A stretch of DNA of 64,000 nucleotides, taken from contig CBDFFH010000055.1 of the NCBI GenBank assembly GCA_965246715.1, positions 96,001-160,000 of the forward strand, given 5' to 3'. Of the stretch, positions 10,345 to 19,388 are shown one piece after another. The position numbers and the translations under genes are program-made. Under the pieces are notes generated by a model that ran no database searches, was not told the origin of the DNA, and saw nothing but the letters and a program-made list of their open reading frames with translations. The stretch's first letter is position 1. Each line of letters begins with the position of its first letter. The stretch comes from Chamaesiphon sp. Lineage in GTDB: Bacteria; Cyanobacteriota; Cyanobacteriia; Cyanobacteriales; Chamaesiphonaceae.

Positions 10345-10410
10345 GGAGGGTGGGCTTTGATTTAGATTGTTGTATTTTAGTTAGAATAGATAGCATAAAC
10401 CCGCCCCTAA
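10345..10410. repeat. REP/REPIN-like element
   Basis: ggagggtgggcttt...taaacccgcccctaa. Confidence 0.55.
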
Positions 10411-10472
10411 AGGTGGCTTGTGTGTTTTCGATCGATCTCAAGCATTAGATTCGATCTATGCGTATTATCTAT

Positions 10473-11333
10473 TCACAATCTAAAACTAACTGGAATTTTA
10501 TCTGCATTGTTACATTTAGAACAAATAACACCTACATATCTAGAGAAAACTGATGGATAACTTATGCTAGGGAAAGGCTCGTTTAATGTGAAAATCATTC
10601 CAAATCCACATTGAGAACATTTATGTACATCTTGAGCAGCATTATCGAATTTCAAGAGGTGATTATTGCTCACTAAAGGTATCGCACGTGTAATATTTAC
10701 ACTTCTTCCCCGTTGTTGAGCTTTAGATTTATCCTCAAGATTAATTACAAGTTGCTTGGCAAGAGCTTCAGAAGTTTGAATTAGATTTAACATCACTTCT
10801 CTTTCTATTTCTAATCTTCCAGTTCGTTCTTGCATTTCAGCGATAAAAGATATTTGTTCCTCCTTTGTCATTTCGATGTCTAAAAAGTCTAGTCGAATAC
10901 CATAACAAGTCGGTTGGTTGATAATTCCGGCAATTCTTTCTAAATGAAATATTTCGACTTCTGCCGTCGAGTTGGAAATCTCCTTTAATTTCTCCCGTTC
11001 GCCCAATGTTAATTCTTGATTTGTTATAAATGCTATGCCATCAACTTGATTTGTAGCTACACCCTGAAAATCATCTTTGAATTTTTTTGCGATAGTATTG
11101 AACTCTTGCTGACCTCTCGGGAAATATACTGCTCCAATCCACTTTTTCCCATCTCGTTCACATACAATATCTTTCATTCCATCTCGCCCACCTAACGGAT
11201 GGGAAGGGTCGATCGATCGAAAACCCTCTACTTTCAAAATAAGAGCTGCTAACCTTTCTGGTGGTGGGCTACCTCTATCCCAATCTTTCAAGCGAACCCA
11301 AGTTTCTTTACCGCCAGTTTGTCTCACCGACAT
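10473..11333 (-). CDS. Putative Mrr-like/PD-(D/E)XK restriction-endonuclease-domain protein with C-terminal CxxC...CxxC Zn finger
   Basis: ERLAALIL...GF...GGRDGMKDIV...FITNQ...IFHLERI layout typical of type IV REase-like domains; CSQC and CSKC at the C-terminus; AT-rich; ATG at 11333. Confidence 0.6.
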   Translation of the reverse strand: MSVRQTGGKETWVRLKDWDRGSPPPERLAALILKVEGFRSIDPSHPLGGRDGMKDIVCERDGKKWIGAVYFPRGQQEFNTIAKKFKDDFQGVATNQVDGIAFITNQELTLGEREKLKEISNSTAEVEIFHLERIAGIINQPTCYGIRLDFLDIEMTKEEQISFIAEMQERTGRLEIEREVMLNLIQTSEALAKQLVINLEDKSKAQQRGRSVNITRAIPLVSNNHLLKFDNAAQDVHKCSQCGFGMIFTLNEPFPSISYPSVFSRYVGVICSKCNNADKIPVSFRL

Positions 11334-11461
11334 TCGTACCACTTCTAACAGCAACTTAAATTATATAGTTTTTATCCCGATCAAACCATTGGCTTTAGAG
11401 CTATGTAACCATCCTGTAATAGCATGATTGCTATGCGATCGATACACGATCTAGCCATTTA

Positions 11462-11504
11462 TGTATCAAGCGCTACAAAATAAATCAACAAACCTGCATA
11501 GCCT
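11462..11504 (+). promoter_or_regulatory. NtcA-activated class II promoter of nirB
   Basis: tGTA-TCAAGCGC-TACa at 11462-11477 (GTA-N8-TAC), exactly 22 nt, then TAGCCT (TAN3T) at 11499-11504; AGGTGA RBS before ATG 11549. Confidence 0.88.
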
Positions 11505-11548
11505 TAGATAGACTTAAGGATTTTAGTACCTACAGGTATTCAGGTGAT

Positions 11549-14077
11549 ATGGCGAAACGATTAGTGGCGATCGGCAATGGCATGGTCGGTCATCGATTCC
11601 TCGAACAGATGACGGCGAAGGGTGCAGATTGGGAACTGATTTCATTTTGCGAAGAGCCACGGGTTGCTTACGATCGCGTGAATCTCAGCGGCTACTTTGC
11701 AGGCAAGACGGCTGAAGATCTCTCGCTCGTCGAACCAGGATTTTATCAAGAGCGCAATGTGCAGATGTATGTTGGCGACAAGGTTGTCAGTATCGATCGA
11801 GCCAATCACACCGTCACTTCTGCAAAAGGTGTCACCGTCAGCTACGATAAATTGGTGCTCGCGACTGGTTCCTACCCCTTCGTCCCGCCGATTAAAGGTA
11901 ACGATCTTCAGGGTACCTTTGTCTATCGGACGATTTGCGATCTAGAGGCGATGGCGGAGTATGCCAAAACTTGTAAAGTGGGTGTCGTCGTCGGTGGTGG
12001 ATTGTTGGGATTAGAATGTGCCAACGCGCTGCAAAATTTGGGACTGAAAACTCACGTCGTCGAGTTTATGCCCCGTTTGATGCCCGTGCAGGTAGATGAA
12101 TTGGGTGGTGCGGTATTAAAGCAGAAAATCGAAGATTTGGGGATTGGCGTACATACGGGCAAATCTACCACTGAGATTGTGGGCGATGCCAATGGACGAG
12201 TGCAGAAGATGCAGTTTGCCGATGGGACAGAACTGGCAACCGAGATGATTGTCTTCTCTGCGGGGATTCGCCCCCAGGATGAGTTGGCGCGTCAATGTGG
12301 GTTGAAAGTGGGCGAACGGGGTGGCATTGCGATCGATGAATATTGTCAGACATCCGATCCGGATATTTATGCGATCGGGGAATGCGCTCTCTACGATAAT
12401 CGGATCTATGGTTTAGTCGCCCCTGGTTATCGGATGGCAGAAGTAGCCGCAGATCGGCTCTGTGGCATCGAAAGTAATAGTTTCATGGGCGCAGATATGT
12501 CCACCAAATTGAAGCTGTTGGGCATCGATGTTGCTAGCTTTGGGGATGCGTTTGGGACTACTACTGGCTCGAAAGTCATTGCCATTAATGATGCTGTCGC
12601 GGGTACTTATAAAAAGCTGGTAGTCGATGCTGAAGGGAAGTATTTATTAGGCGGGATCCTCGTTGGCGATGCAACGGTGTACGGCACATTGCTGCAATTA
12701 ATGCAAAATCAGATGGCATTACCACCCCATCCAGAGGATCTGATTTTACCGCCCCGCAGTGGGGCAACGCTGGCAATGGGTGTCGAACAATTTCCCGATA
12801 CGGCGCAAATTTGCTCCTGTAATAATGTTACCAAAGGTCAAATCTGTACTGCGATTCAAGAGCAGGAATTGCGAGATATCGGTAGCGTCAAAAGTTGTAC
12901 CAATGCGGGAACTGGTTGCGGTGGTTGCGTTCCCCTAGTTACCGATTTATTCAAATCCGAACTCAAAAAAGCCGGGATTGAAGTCAAAAATCACCTGTGC
13001 GAACACTTCGCCTTCTCGCGTCAGGAATTATATAGCCTAGTTCGATCGCAGCATATTCACACATTTACCGCACTACTCGATCGCTATGGTACCGGAAGCG
13101 GTTGTGAAATTTGCAAACCTGCTGTCGGTTCGATCCTCGCTTCTGCATGGAACGAGCAAGTTCTGGATGCGCCACACGTCGGCTTACAAGATACAAATGA
13201 TTCCTTCCTCGCCAATATTCAGCGTGATGGTACTTATTCGGTCATCCCGCGTATTCCTGGCGGCGAAATCACGCCAGATAAATTAATCGTCTTGGGTGAA
13301 GTTGCCAAAGAATTTGGACTATATACCAAGATTACGGGCGCACAACGCATCGATTTACTCGGCGCGCGGGTAGACCAATTGCCACACATTTGGCAAAAAC
13401 TGGTAGCGGCTGGGTTTGAATCGGGACATGCTTATGGGAAGGCACTGCGGACGGTGAAATCTTGTGTGGGCAGCACTTGGTGTCGCTTTGGCGTGCAGGA
13501 TTCGGTCGGACTATCGATCGAGGTAGAATTACGCTATCGCGGTTTGCGGGCACCCCACAAGCTCAAATCTGCTGTCTCTGGTTGTACTCGTGAATGTGCG
13601 GAGGCTCAAAGCAAGGATTTTGGGATTATCGCGACCGAGAAAGGTTGGAATCTATACCTATGTGGTAATGGGGGCATTAAACCCCAACATGCCCAACTCT
13701 TTGCTGCCGATTTAGACAAGGAAACGTTAATTCGGTATATCGACAGGTTCTTGATGTTCTACATCCGCACTGCCAATCGGTTGGAGCGTACCGCCACCTG
13801 GTTTAATAAGCTCGAAGGTGGGATGGAATACCTGCAACAGGTGATTATTGAGGATTCGTTAGGCATTGCTGAAGAATTAGAAGCAGAGATGGCACATCAG
13901 GTAGCTACCTATGCTTGTGAGTGGGATGTGACGCTCAAAGATCCGGTGAAATTGCAACGGTTCCAGCATTTCGTCAATAGTGATACTCCCGATCCGAATA
14001 TCGTGCAGGTTGAAGAGCGCGGTCAAAATCGCCCCGCCTACGAACACGAACGGCAGTTGATGGGAATTAAATCCTAA
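11549..14077 (+). CDS. nirB: NAD(P)H-dependent siroheme nitrite reductase large subunit
   Basis: FAD (IGNGMVG) and NAD (VVGGGLLGLE) Rossmann motifs, two BFD-like [2Fe-2S] domains, CVGSTWC...SGCTREC siroheme/4Fe-4S ligands. Confidence 0.97.
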   Translation: MAKRLVAIGNGMVGHRFLEQMTAKGADWELISFCEEPRVAYDRVNLSGYFAGKTAEDLSLVEPGFYQERNVQMYVGDKVVSIDRANHTVTSAKGVTVSYDKLVLATGSYPFVPPIKGNDLQGTFVYRTICDLEAMAEYAKTCKVGVVVGGGLLGLECANALQNLGLKTHVVEFMPRLMPVQVDELGGAVLKQKIEDLGIGVHTGKSTTEIVGDANGRVQKMQFADGTELATEMIVFSAGIRPQDELARQCGLKVGERGGIAIDEYCQTSDPDIYAIGECALYDNRIYGLVAPGYRMAEVAADRLCGIESNSFMGADMSTKLKLLGIDVASFGDAFGTTTGSKVIAINDAVAGTYKKLVVDAEGKYLLGGILVGDATVYGTLLQLMQNQMALPPHPEDLILPPRSGATLAMGVEQFPDTAQICSCNNVTKGQICTAIQEQELRDIGSVKSCTNAGTGCGGCVPLVTDLFKSELKKAGIEVKNHLCEHFAFSRQELYSLVRSQHIHTFTALLDRYGTGSGCEICKPAVGSILASAWNEQVLDAPHVGLQDTNDSFLANIQRDGTYSVIPRIPGGEITPDKLIVLGEVAKEFGLYTKITGAQRIDLLGARVDQLPHIWQKLVAAGFESGHAYGKALRTVKSCVGSTWCRFGVQDSVGLSIEVELRYRGLRAPHKLKSAVSGCTRECAEAQSKDFGIIATEKGWNLYLCGNGGIKPQHAQLFAADLDKETLIRYIDRFLMFYIRTANRLERTATWFNKLEGGMEYLQQVIIEDSLGIAEELEAEMAHQVATYACEWDVTLKDPVKLQRFQHFVNSDTPDPNIVQVEERGQNRPAYEHERQLMGIKS

Positions 14078-14134
14078 CAATCTGTAAGGGTGCTCCTTGT
14101 GGGTGCCTCCCCATTTATTAGAAAAATCTGTAAG

Positions 14135-14431
14135 ATGTCAGAGGAAACAATAAAACTGCATAATCTGCTCGAACGAGTCAAAGATAAAGAGACTTTTATT
14201 CTATTTATCGAAGCCTTAGCAGACGAGCGAGAACTGGCACAAGAAATCGAACGATCTAACCCTAAAAGTTATTGTATCGATGGAGCATTAGGTTGGAAAA
14301 ATGGGGATATATCTAGTTTCTTATCTGCTGGACTCTACTGTTTTGAAGATGAAGCATTTAATCATCCCCAACAAGAACCCAGTTGGCAAATGTTTGCAGA
14401 TTTCTTTTATTGTGGCAAAATAATGGATTAA
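14135..14431 (+). CDS. Small acidic hypothetical protein inserted between nirB and nirD
   Basis: 98-aa ORF from ATG 14135 with GWKNGDISSFL...PSWQMFADFFYCGKI pattern; AT-richer than nirB. Confidence 0.7.
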   Translation: MSEETIKLHNLLERVKDKETFILFIEALADERELAQEIERSNPKSYCIDGALGWKNGDISSFLSAGLYCFEDEAFNHPQQEPSWQMFADFFYCGKIMD

Positions 14432-14527
14432 CCATAAATGGTAGGTTAGTTACTATCTATATACCGTTTTACTTAGTGATTTTAGAGCCTAAACCATGCC
14501 AGCCTCCGATCGCTTAGCATAGATATA

Positions 14528-14568
14528 ACCCACCCCGCCCTATCGGGCACCCCTCTGCGGAGGGGAAT
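14528..14568. repeat. Dispersed GC-rich double-hairpin repeat (ACCCACCCCGCCCTA(T)CGGGCACCCCTC...GAGGGGAAT)
   Basis: Near-identical copy at 53336-53375. Confidence 0.85.
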
Positions 14569-14616
14569 ACCTGCGAGGGGTTAATGTTAAAGAGTAAATA
14601 ATAACTAATAATATTA

Positions 14617-14973
14617 ATGTCACAAATAGAATCAATCGAGCCAACAACTCAGCAATGGACTACTGTTTGTCCGTTAGATAGAATCTTACCGAATACGGGT
14701 GTATGTGCCTTAGTTAATGGCAAACAAATCGCCGTGTTTAGAGTTGGTGAAGGGATGGATGTGTATGCGATCGATAATTACGATCCGTTTAGTAAAGCGT
14801 ATGTTTTATCTAGAGGAATTGTGGGCGATCGCAATGGTATTCCCAAGGTTGCATCCCCAATCTATAAGCAAAATTTCAGCCTGCTCACCGGAGAATGTTT
14901 AGACAATTCGACAGTAACATTGTCAACATTTCCGATTCGTGTTGTTGATGGACAAGTGCAAGTTTGTAATTAG
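14617..14973 (+). CDS. nirD: Nitrite reductase small subunit (Rieske-like fold)
   Basis: GVCALVNGKQIAVFR, NYDPFSKAYVLSRGIVGD, VASPIYKQNF. Confidence 0.96.
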   Translation: MSQIESIEPTTQQWTTVCPLDRILPNTGVCALVNGKQIAVFRVGEGMDVYAIDNYDPFSKAYVLSRGIVGDRNGIPKVASPIYKQNFSLLTGECLDNSTVTLSTFPIRVVDGQVQVCN

Positions 14974-14979
14974 AACGAG

Positions 14980-15006
14980 CGGGTGGTGGACACGATCCAT
15001 CACCCG
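14980..15006. terminator. Hairpin between convergent nirD and ABC permease genes
   Basis: cgggtggtgga-cacga-tccatcacccg followed by T-rich tract. Confidence 0.65.
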
Positions 15007-15019
15007 AGATTTTTGGTAT

Positions 15020-15832
15020 CTAAAACTCTCTGCGCGAGAACACTACAGTAGTAATGACTAACAATGCCGCCGTATAAACCAAAGCATATCCAGCATTAGT
15101 AAGCAAGACATCAGCTTGTGGAACGAGTCCATAAACAGCTTCATTTTTGAGATCGAGTCGAGATAAATCTGGTAAGACTAAGTATAAATTATCGGTCATC
15201 TTTTGAAATCCAGGATTTTTGGTGACACCAGCAAGCTTGACCATACCTTCGCTCAAATGTCCGACTAGATAGAGTGAAAATGTGAGTAAAGTCGCTAGAA
15301 TAGAACTAGTAAACACGCCGAATAATAACGCTGCTGCTGTAATCAGGCATAGTTCTAAAAATAGGAACACTGATGTTAGGAGCATCGGCACTAATTGGAA
15401 ATTAATGTGCGCGAGACTGAGTAATAATAGATAAATAGCGGACATTCCCGCGACCAAAATTGCTAATACTGCAGATAAGCCCAAATGTTTGCCGATAATA
15501 AATTCGGCACTATTAATCGGTTTGGTGACTAAGACAAAGACAGTTCGCTTTTCAATTTCCTTATTGATTAGATTTGTACCGACGAAAATTGCAACGACGA
15601 CACCTAATAAACCCGCACTAGCAGGGCCGATATCGGTGAGAATTTTATCTTGTGCGGCACCAGAGACCTCTGGTAATAGTTGCCAAGCGGCAAACATCAG
15701 CACAGTATAGAATACTAGGATAAAAAAGATGCGATCGCGCATCACTTCCCGAAAAGTATTGCTAGCAACTGCCCAAATCCTAATCGCACTCATCCTGCTA
15801 GGCACCCTCCGGACAATTTGACTCGAATTCAT
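15020..15832 (-). CDS. ABC-2 type transporter permease
   Basis: ASNTFREVMRDR, INKEIEKRT...KPI...GKHLG; multiple TM segments. Confidence 0.9.
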   Translation of the reverse strand: MNSSQIVRRVPSRMSAIRIWAVASNTFREVMRDRIFFILVFYTVLMFAAWQLLPEVSGAAQDKILTDIGPASAGLLGVVVAIFVGTNLINKEIEKRTVFVLVTKPINSAEFIIGKHLGLSAVLAILVAGMSAIYLLLLSLAHINFQLVPMLLTSVFLFLELCLITAAALLFGVFTSSILATLLTFSLYLVGHLSEGMVKLAGVTKNPGFQKMTDNLYLVLPDLSRLDLKNEAVYGLVPQADVLLTNAGYALVYTAALLVITTVVFSRREF

Positions 15833-15899
15833 AATCTATAAACCTCTGCAATATCTAAAAATCGGGGAGATAAGTAATTGGTAAATGCGTTTTTCCGTT

Positions 15900-16070
15900 A
15901 GAGAATCAACATCTCTAGTGAGGGCGACGATACCGCCGTTGTGTGCAGGCTTTAGCGACGAAGATCGTGGTACCGCTACCCATCGAGGTACCAGTCATCT
16001 GGTAAAGATTTTGGGCGGCTGGTGTCGATCGGGGAAAGCCGACTTCAAGTAAGGTAAACAATAGACTCAA
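15900..16070 (+). ncRNA. ssrS: 6S RNA (cyanobacterial 6Sa/SsaA); ends approximate
   Basis: Long rod structure: gataccgccg/cggctggtgtc, ctttagc/ggtaaag, tggtacc/ggtacca; AGTCATCTGGTAAAG and GACTTCAAGTAAGG blocks recalled from cyanobacterial 6S RNAs; no ORF. Confidence 0.8.
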
Positions 16071-16164
16071 AATTGCTAATCCTAATTTTTGCATAAGCGA
16101 TCGATGATGAATTGAAATCTAAGTTGCTTAATCATATTACTACTCACCTGTCTCCTCTTCTGCC

Positions 16165-17400
16165 GTGAACGATCGTCCATCTCAAATTATTGTCATCGGT
16201 GGCGGTGCTGCTGGTTTTTTCGCGGCGATTACCTGCGCCGAAACATATCCCGCTACTCGCGTTACCCTGCTTGAAGCTGGGAAATATCCCCTGAGCAAGG
16301 TCAAAATCTCCGGTGGCGGTCGGTGTAATGTTACTCATGGCTGTTTCGATCCGTTGCCGCTCGTACAGCATTATCCACGCGGGAGTAAGGCGCTGCGCGG
16401 TGCCTTCAGTCGGTTTCAACCCCTGGATACCGTAGCTTGGTATGCCGATCGCGGGGTGAAACTCAAAACCGAAGCTGATGGGCGGATGTTTCCGACGACC
16501 GATGATTCGGAGACGATCGTCAGTTGCTTACTTGACTCAGCGACTGCTGCGGGAGTCAAAATCTGGACTGAGGCGGCTGTTGCGGAGATCGCCCCCCAAC
16601 AGCCGTCAGGTTGGATTGTCACCCTCAAAGCGGGGCAAACTTTGACAGCCGATCGATTGTTACTGGCCACGGGTAGCAATCCCAATGTGCATAAATGGGT
16701 GCGAGCGCTGGGGCATTCGATCGCCCCACCAGTACCCTCGCTATTTACTTTTAATATTCCCGATCCGCGCCTTGCCAATCTTGCAGGAGTCAGCGTCAAG
16801 TCTGCTGTTGTCAAACTCCCCACATCCAGCAAGACACCCTTAACCCAGACGGGAGCTTTATTAATTACCCATTGGGGTGTCAGCGGGCCAGCAGTGTTGA
16901 AATTATCTGCTTGGGGTGCGCGATTGCTGGCCGAATCTCGGTATCAGTTGCCGTTAATTATTAACTGGTTGCCAGATTATCAGATCGATCGGTTGCGGGA
17001 ATTGATGCTCGCAGTTAAGTCACAATTGCCGCAGAAGACGATTCAGAATAGTTGTCCAGTGCCGATTCCGCATCGGTTGTGGGAGTCCCTAACTGAGTAT
17101 GTGGGGATTCGATCGGGTGACAGGTGGGCGGGATTGGCAAATAAAACACTCGATAAGTTAATTATCGAACTCAATCGCGGTGAGTATCAGATTGCGGGGA
17201 AAGGTGTATTTAAGGAGGAATTTGTGACCTGTGGCGGGGTCGCTCTCAAGTCGGTGAATTTTCAGACGATGGAGAGTAAGATTTGTCCTGGCTTGTACTT
17301 TGCTGGAGAAATCTTGGATATCGATGGTGTCACTGGCGGGTTTAATTTCCAGAGCGCATGGACGACCGGATATCTAGCAGGGATGGCAATGGGTGCGTGA
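16165..17400 (+). CDS. HI0933/BaiN-family NAD(P)/FAD-dependent oxidoreductase
   Basis: IGGGAAG, KVKISGGGRCNVT, GRMFP, THWGVSGP, GVTGGFNFQSAW. Confidence 0.93.
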   Translation: MNDRPSQIIVIGGGAAGFFAAITCAETYPATRVTLLEAGKYPLSKVKISGGGRCNVTHGCFDPLPLVQHYPRGSKALRGAFSRFQPLDTVAWYADRGVKLKTEADGRMFPTTDDSETIVSCLLDSATAAGVKIWTEAAVAEIAPQQPSGWIVTLKAGQTLTADRLLLATGSNPNVHKWVRALGHSIAPPVPSLFTFNIPDPRLANLAGVSVKSAVVKLPTSSKTPLTQTGALLITHWGVSGPAVLKLSAWGARLLAESRYQLPLIINWLPDYQIDRLRELMLAVKSQLPQKTIQNSCPVPIPHRLWESLTEYVGIRSGDRWAGLANKTLDKLIIELNRGEYQIAGKGVFKEEFVTCGGVALKSVNFQTMESKICPGLYFAGEILDIDGVTGGFNFQSAWTTGYLAGMAMGA

Positions 17401-17422
17401 GTGACGATCGATCGCACATGTC

Positions 17423-19054
17423 TCAAGAGATCGCCACTGCGATTTGTCGAGCCAGCTCTAGTGGGATAAATGGCTTATTGATAATATCCACCACGCCTAG
17501 TTTGGTTAATAATGGCTTGCCTGGTAGATAGACATTGGCCGTCAATAGTAAGACCGGAATGTTTTGAGTCGTATAATCGGCGCGAAGAGCGCGCAAGAAA
17601 GCTAACCCATCCATGTTCGGCATCATCACATCTAAGAGAATCGCATCTGGCAGCTGAGTGCGGACGCGGTTCAATCCTTCTTGTCCCGATGCCGCAGTCT
17701 GAATATCCCAACCTTTGAGCTTGCGCAGACACATCGACACGACTTCGCGGATACTGTCATCATCATCGATAATTAAAATTCGTTTAGCACCATCTTTGGG
17801 TATCTCCGCCAGGCGCTCTAGTATTACTGATTCCCCTGGATTTGGCTCAATCGATCCGGTAGTAAATTGGGTTTTGTCCAGATATTTATCGATCGTTTTG
17901 AGAATGGTTTCGGCACTAGCAGGTTTGCCAAGGAAGCCATTGGCTCCGACAAATTTACTCCGCACGCGATCGACCAAACCATCACTACCCGTTAAAATTA
18001 TCACCGGGATCTTTGCCAAACATGGTGTTTTCCGAATTTGTTCGCAGACCTCATAACCATTGGTTCCTGGCATTACTAGATCCAGAAAAATCAGGTCTGG
18101 TTTAGCCTTAATTAGAGTAGGGATTATTTTCTGTGATTCCTGAATCCCTAAGTACCGATACCCATTATTTGCGATAATTTTTTCGAGACTTTTACAAGCG
18201 ATCGGACTGTCATCGATACAGATAACTAGTGGTTCTAACCCGCTATTCTTTTTGATGATTTTAGAATTAGGTGTCACCGCTAATTGACGATCTTTATCCT
18301 CTGTTATCGAGATTGGTGACACAATTGTATCGTCGATGATATTTACATCGATATTGGATTGTGGTGGTGCGACTAGATTGACTATTGCCATTTTTAATAA
18401 TGGTAATAGATTCATCGCAACATCGAGATTCGATCGCTGAAGGTGAATAGCCAAACTTCTGAGCGATCGCTTGCCATCGATCTCTGACAAGATGTACTGC
18501 AAGTTTGAATCGTCGTTAAATTGGGAAATTTGCTCTGGTTTCTGGATCCACGGAAATAAACTGGGTGGATAGCTAGCCAGCCCATTACGCTCCCACTCAT
18601 ACCAAGATTGGATCGTGGCATGGAGCAGTGGTGTTAGATCTAATAGTGGCAAACTCGAATTTAATTTAATCCGATCTTCATGAGTGGGAATTATTTGAAA
18701 AGATAGTCGATCGCCTTTATTTTGACTGAATTGAATAATGTCAAATAAAATTTCCTTGACTGCCCATTCTTGGGCGAGTTTATTCGAGTTTAAAAATATT
18801 TCTTCACGATTGGTAGATTTGACCAATCGATCGACTGGCACATTGAGCGAAGCTAGTGCCAAGCTGCGCGTCCACCGACCGATCGCATCGATACCGCCAC
18901 CGATCCCGGCTAAACGTCCTGCCGAAAAGGACAACATCCAACTGGGAGTACCAGTTACCTGAATGATGACGTTACCCGTAAAAGCGGTTGTTTTAATCTG
19001 GTTGAACTCAACGATCGAGTCTCTAAAGCAGATATTATTTTTTCGATCGGTCAT
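17423..19054 (-). CDS. PatA-like response regulator (PATAN-type N-terminus) with two receiver domains
   Basis: FTGNVII..W.L.F..GRL PATAN-like start, IDGKRSLRSLA helix, REC1 (CIDDS..FLDLVMP..KP), REC2 (IIDDD..LLDVMMP..KP). Confidence 0.85.
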   Translation of the reverse strand: MTDRKNNICFRDSIVEFNQIKTTAFTGNVIIQVTGTPSWMLSFSAGRLAGIGGGIDAIGRWTRSLALASLNVPVDRLVKSTNREEIFLNSNKLAQEWAVKEILFDIIQFSQNKGDRLSFQIIPTHEDRIKLNSSLPLLDLTPLLHATIQSWYEWERNGLASYPPSLFPWIQKPEQISQFNDDSNLQYILSEIDGKRSLRSLAIHLQRSNLDVAMNLLPLLKMAIVNLVAPPQSNIDVNIIDDTIVSPISITEDKDRQLAVTPNSKIIKKNSGLEPLVICIDDSPIACKSLEKIIANNGYRYLGIQESQKIIPTLIKAKPDLIFLDLVMPGTNGYEVCEQIRKTPCLAKIPVIILTGSDGLVDRVRSKFVGANGFLGKPASAETILKTIDKYLDKTQFTTGSIEPNPGESVILERLAEIPKDGAKRILIIDDDDSIREVVSMCLRKLKGWDIQTAASGQEGLNRVRTQLPDAILLDVMMPNMDGLAFLRALRADYTTQNIPVLLLTANVYLPGKPLLTKLGVVDIINKPFIPLELARQIAVAIS

Positions 19055-19193
19055 ATATCTAATTACTCAACCTTGCTGTTACAGCATCGACAGCTCCAGC
19101 AATTTAGGAGCCTCATTCAAAGGTACACAGCAAATATGGAGAAATTATGGAGGAATCCCCTAATAATGTAAAGAAATACGATCGTGAGATAAA

Positions 19194-19378
19194 TAACCTA
19201 AGTTGCTACCTACTGATTACCTGCGACTAAAGTCGCTGCTAATAGTGCAAAGTCCGCCTTCGCGGACTAAGAAATTCAGTCCGCGAAGGCAGGCTTTTGC
19301 CGCGAGCGGCAACAACCGGACTTTGCAATCCGAGCGGCGGTTTCTAACCGCTGGGGTTATAGGTAGCAACTTGGGTTA
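19194..19378. mobile_element. MITE-like element with TAACC(C/T)AAGTTGCTACCT terminal inverted repeats and internal AGTCCGCGAAGGC palindromes
   Basis: 18-bp TIR with 1 mismatch; nested internal inverted repeats; shorter relative at 29549-29621. Confidence 0.75.
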
Positions 19379-19388
19379 AATAGCTGGG

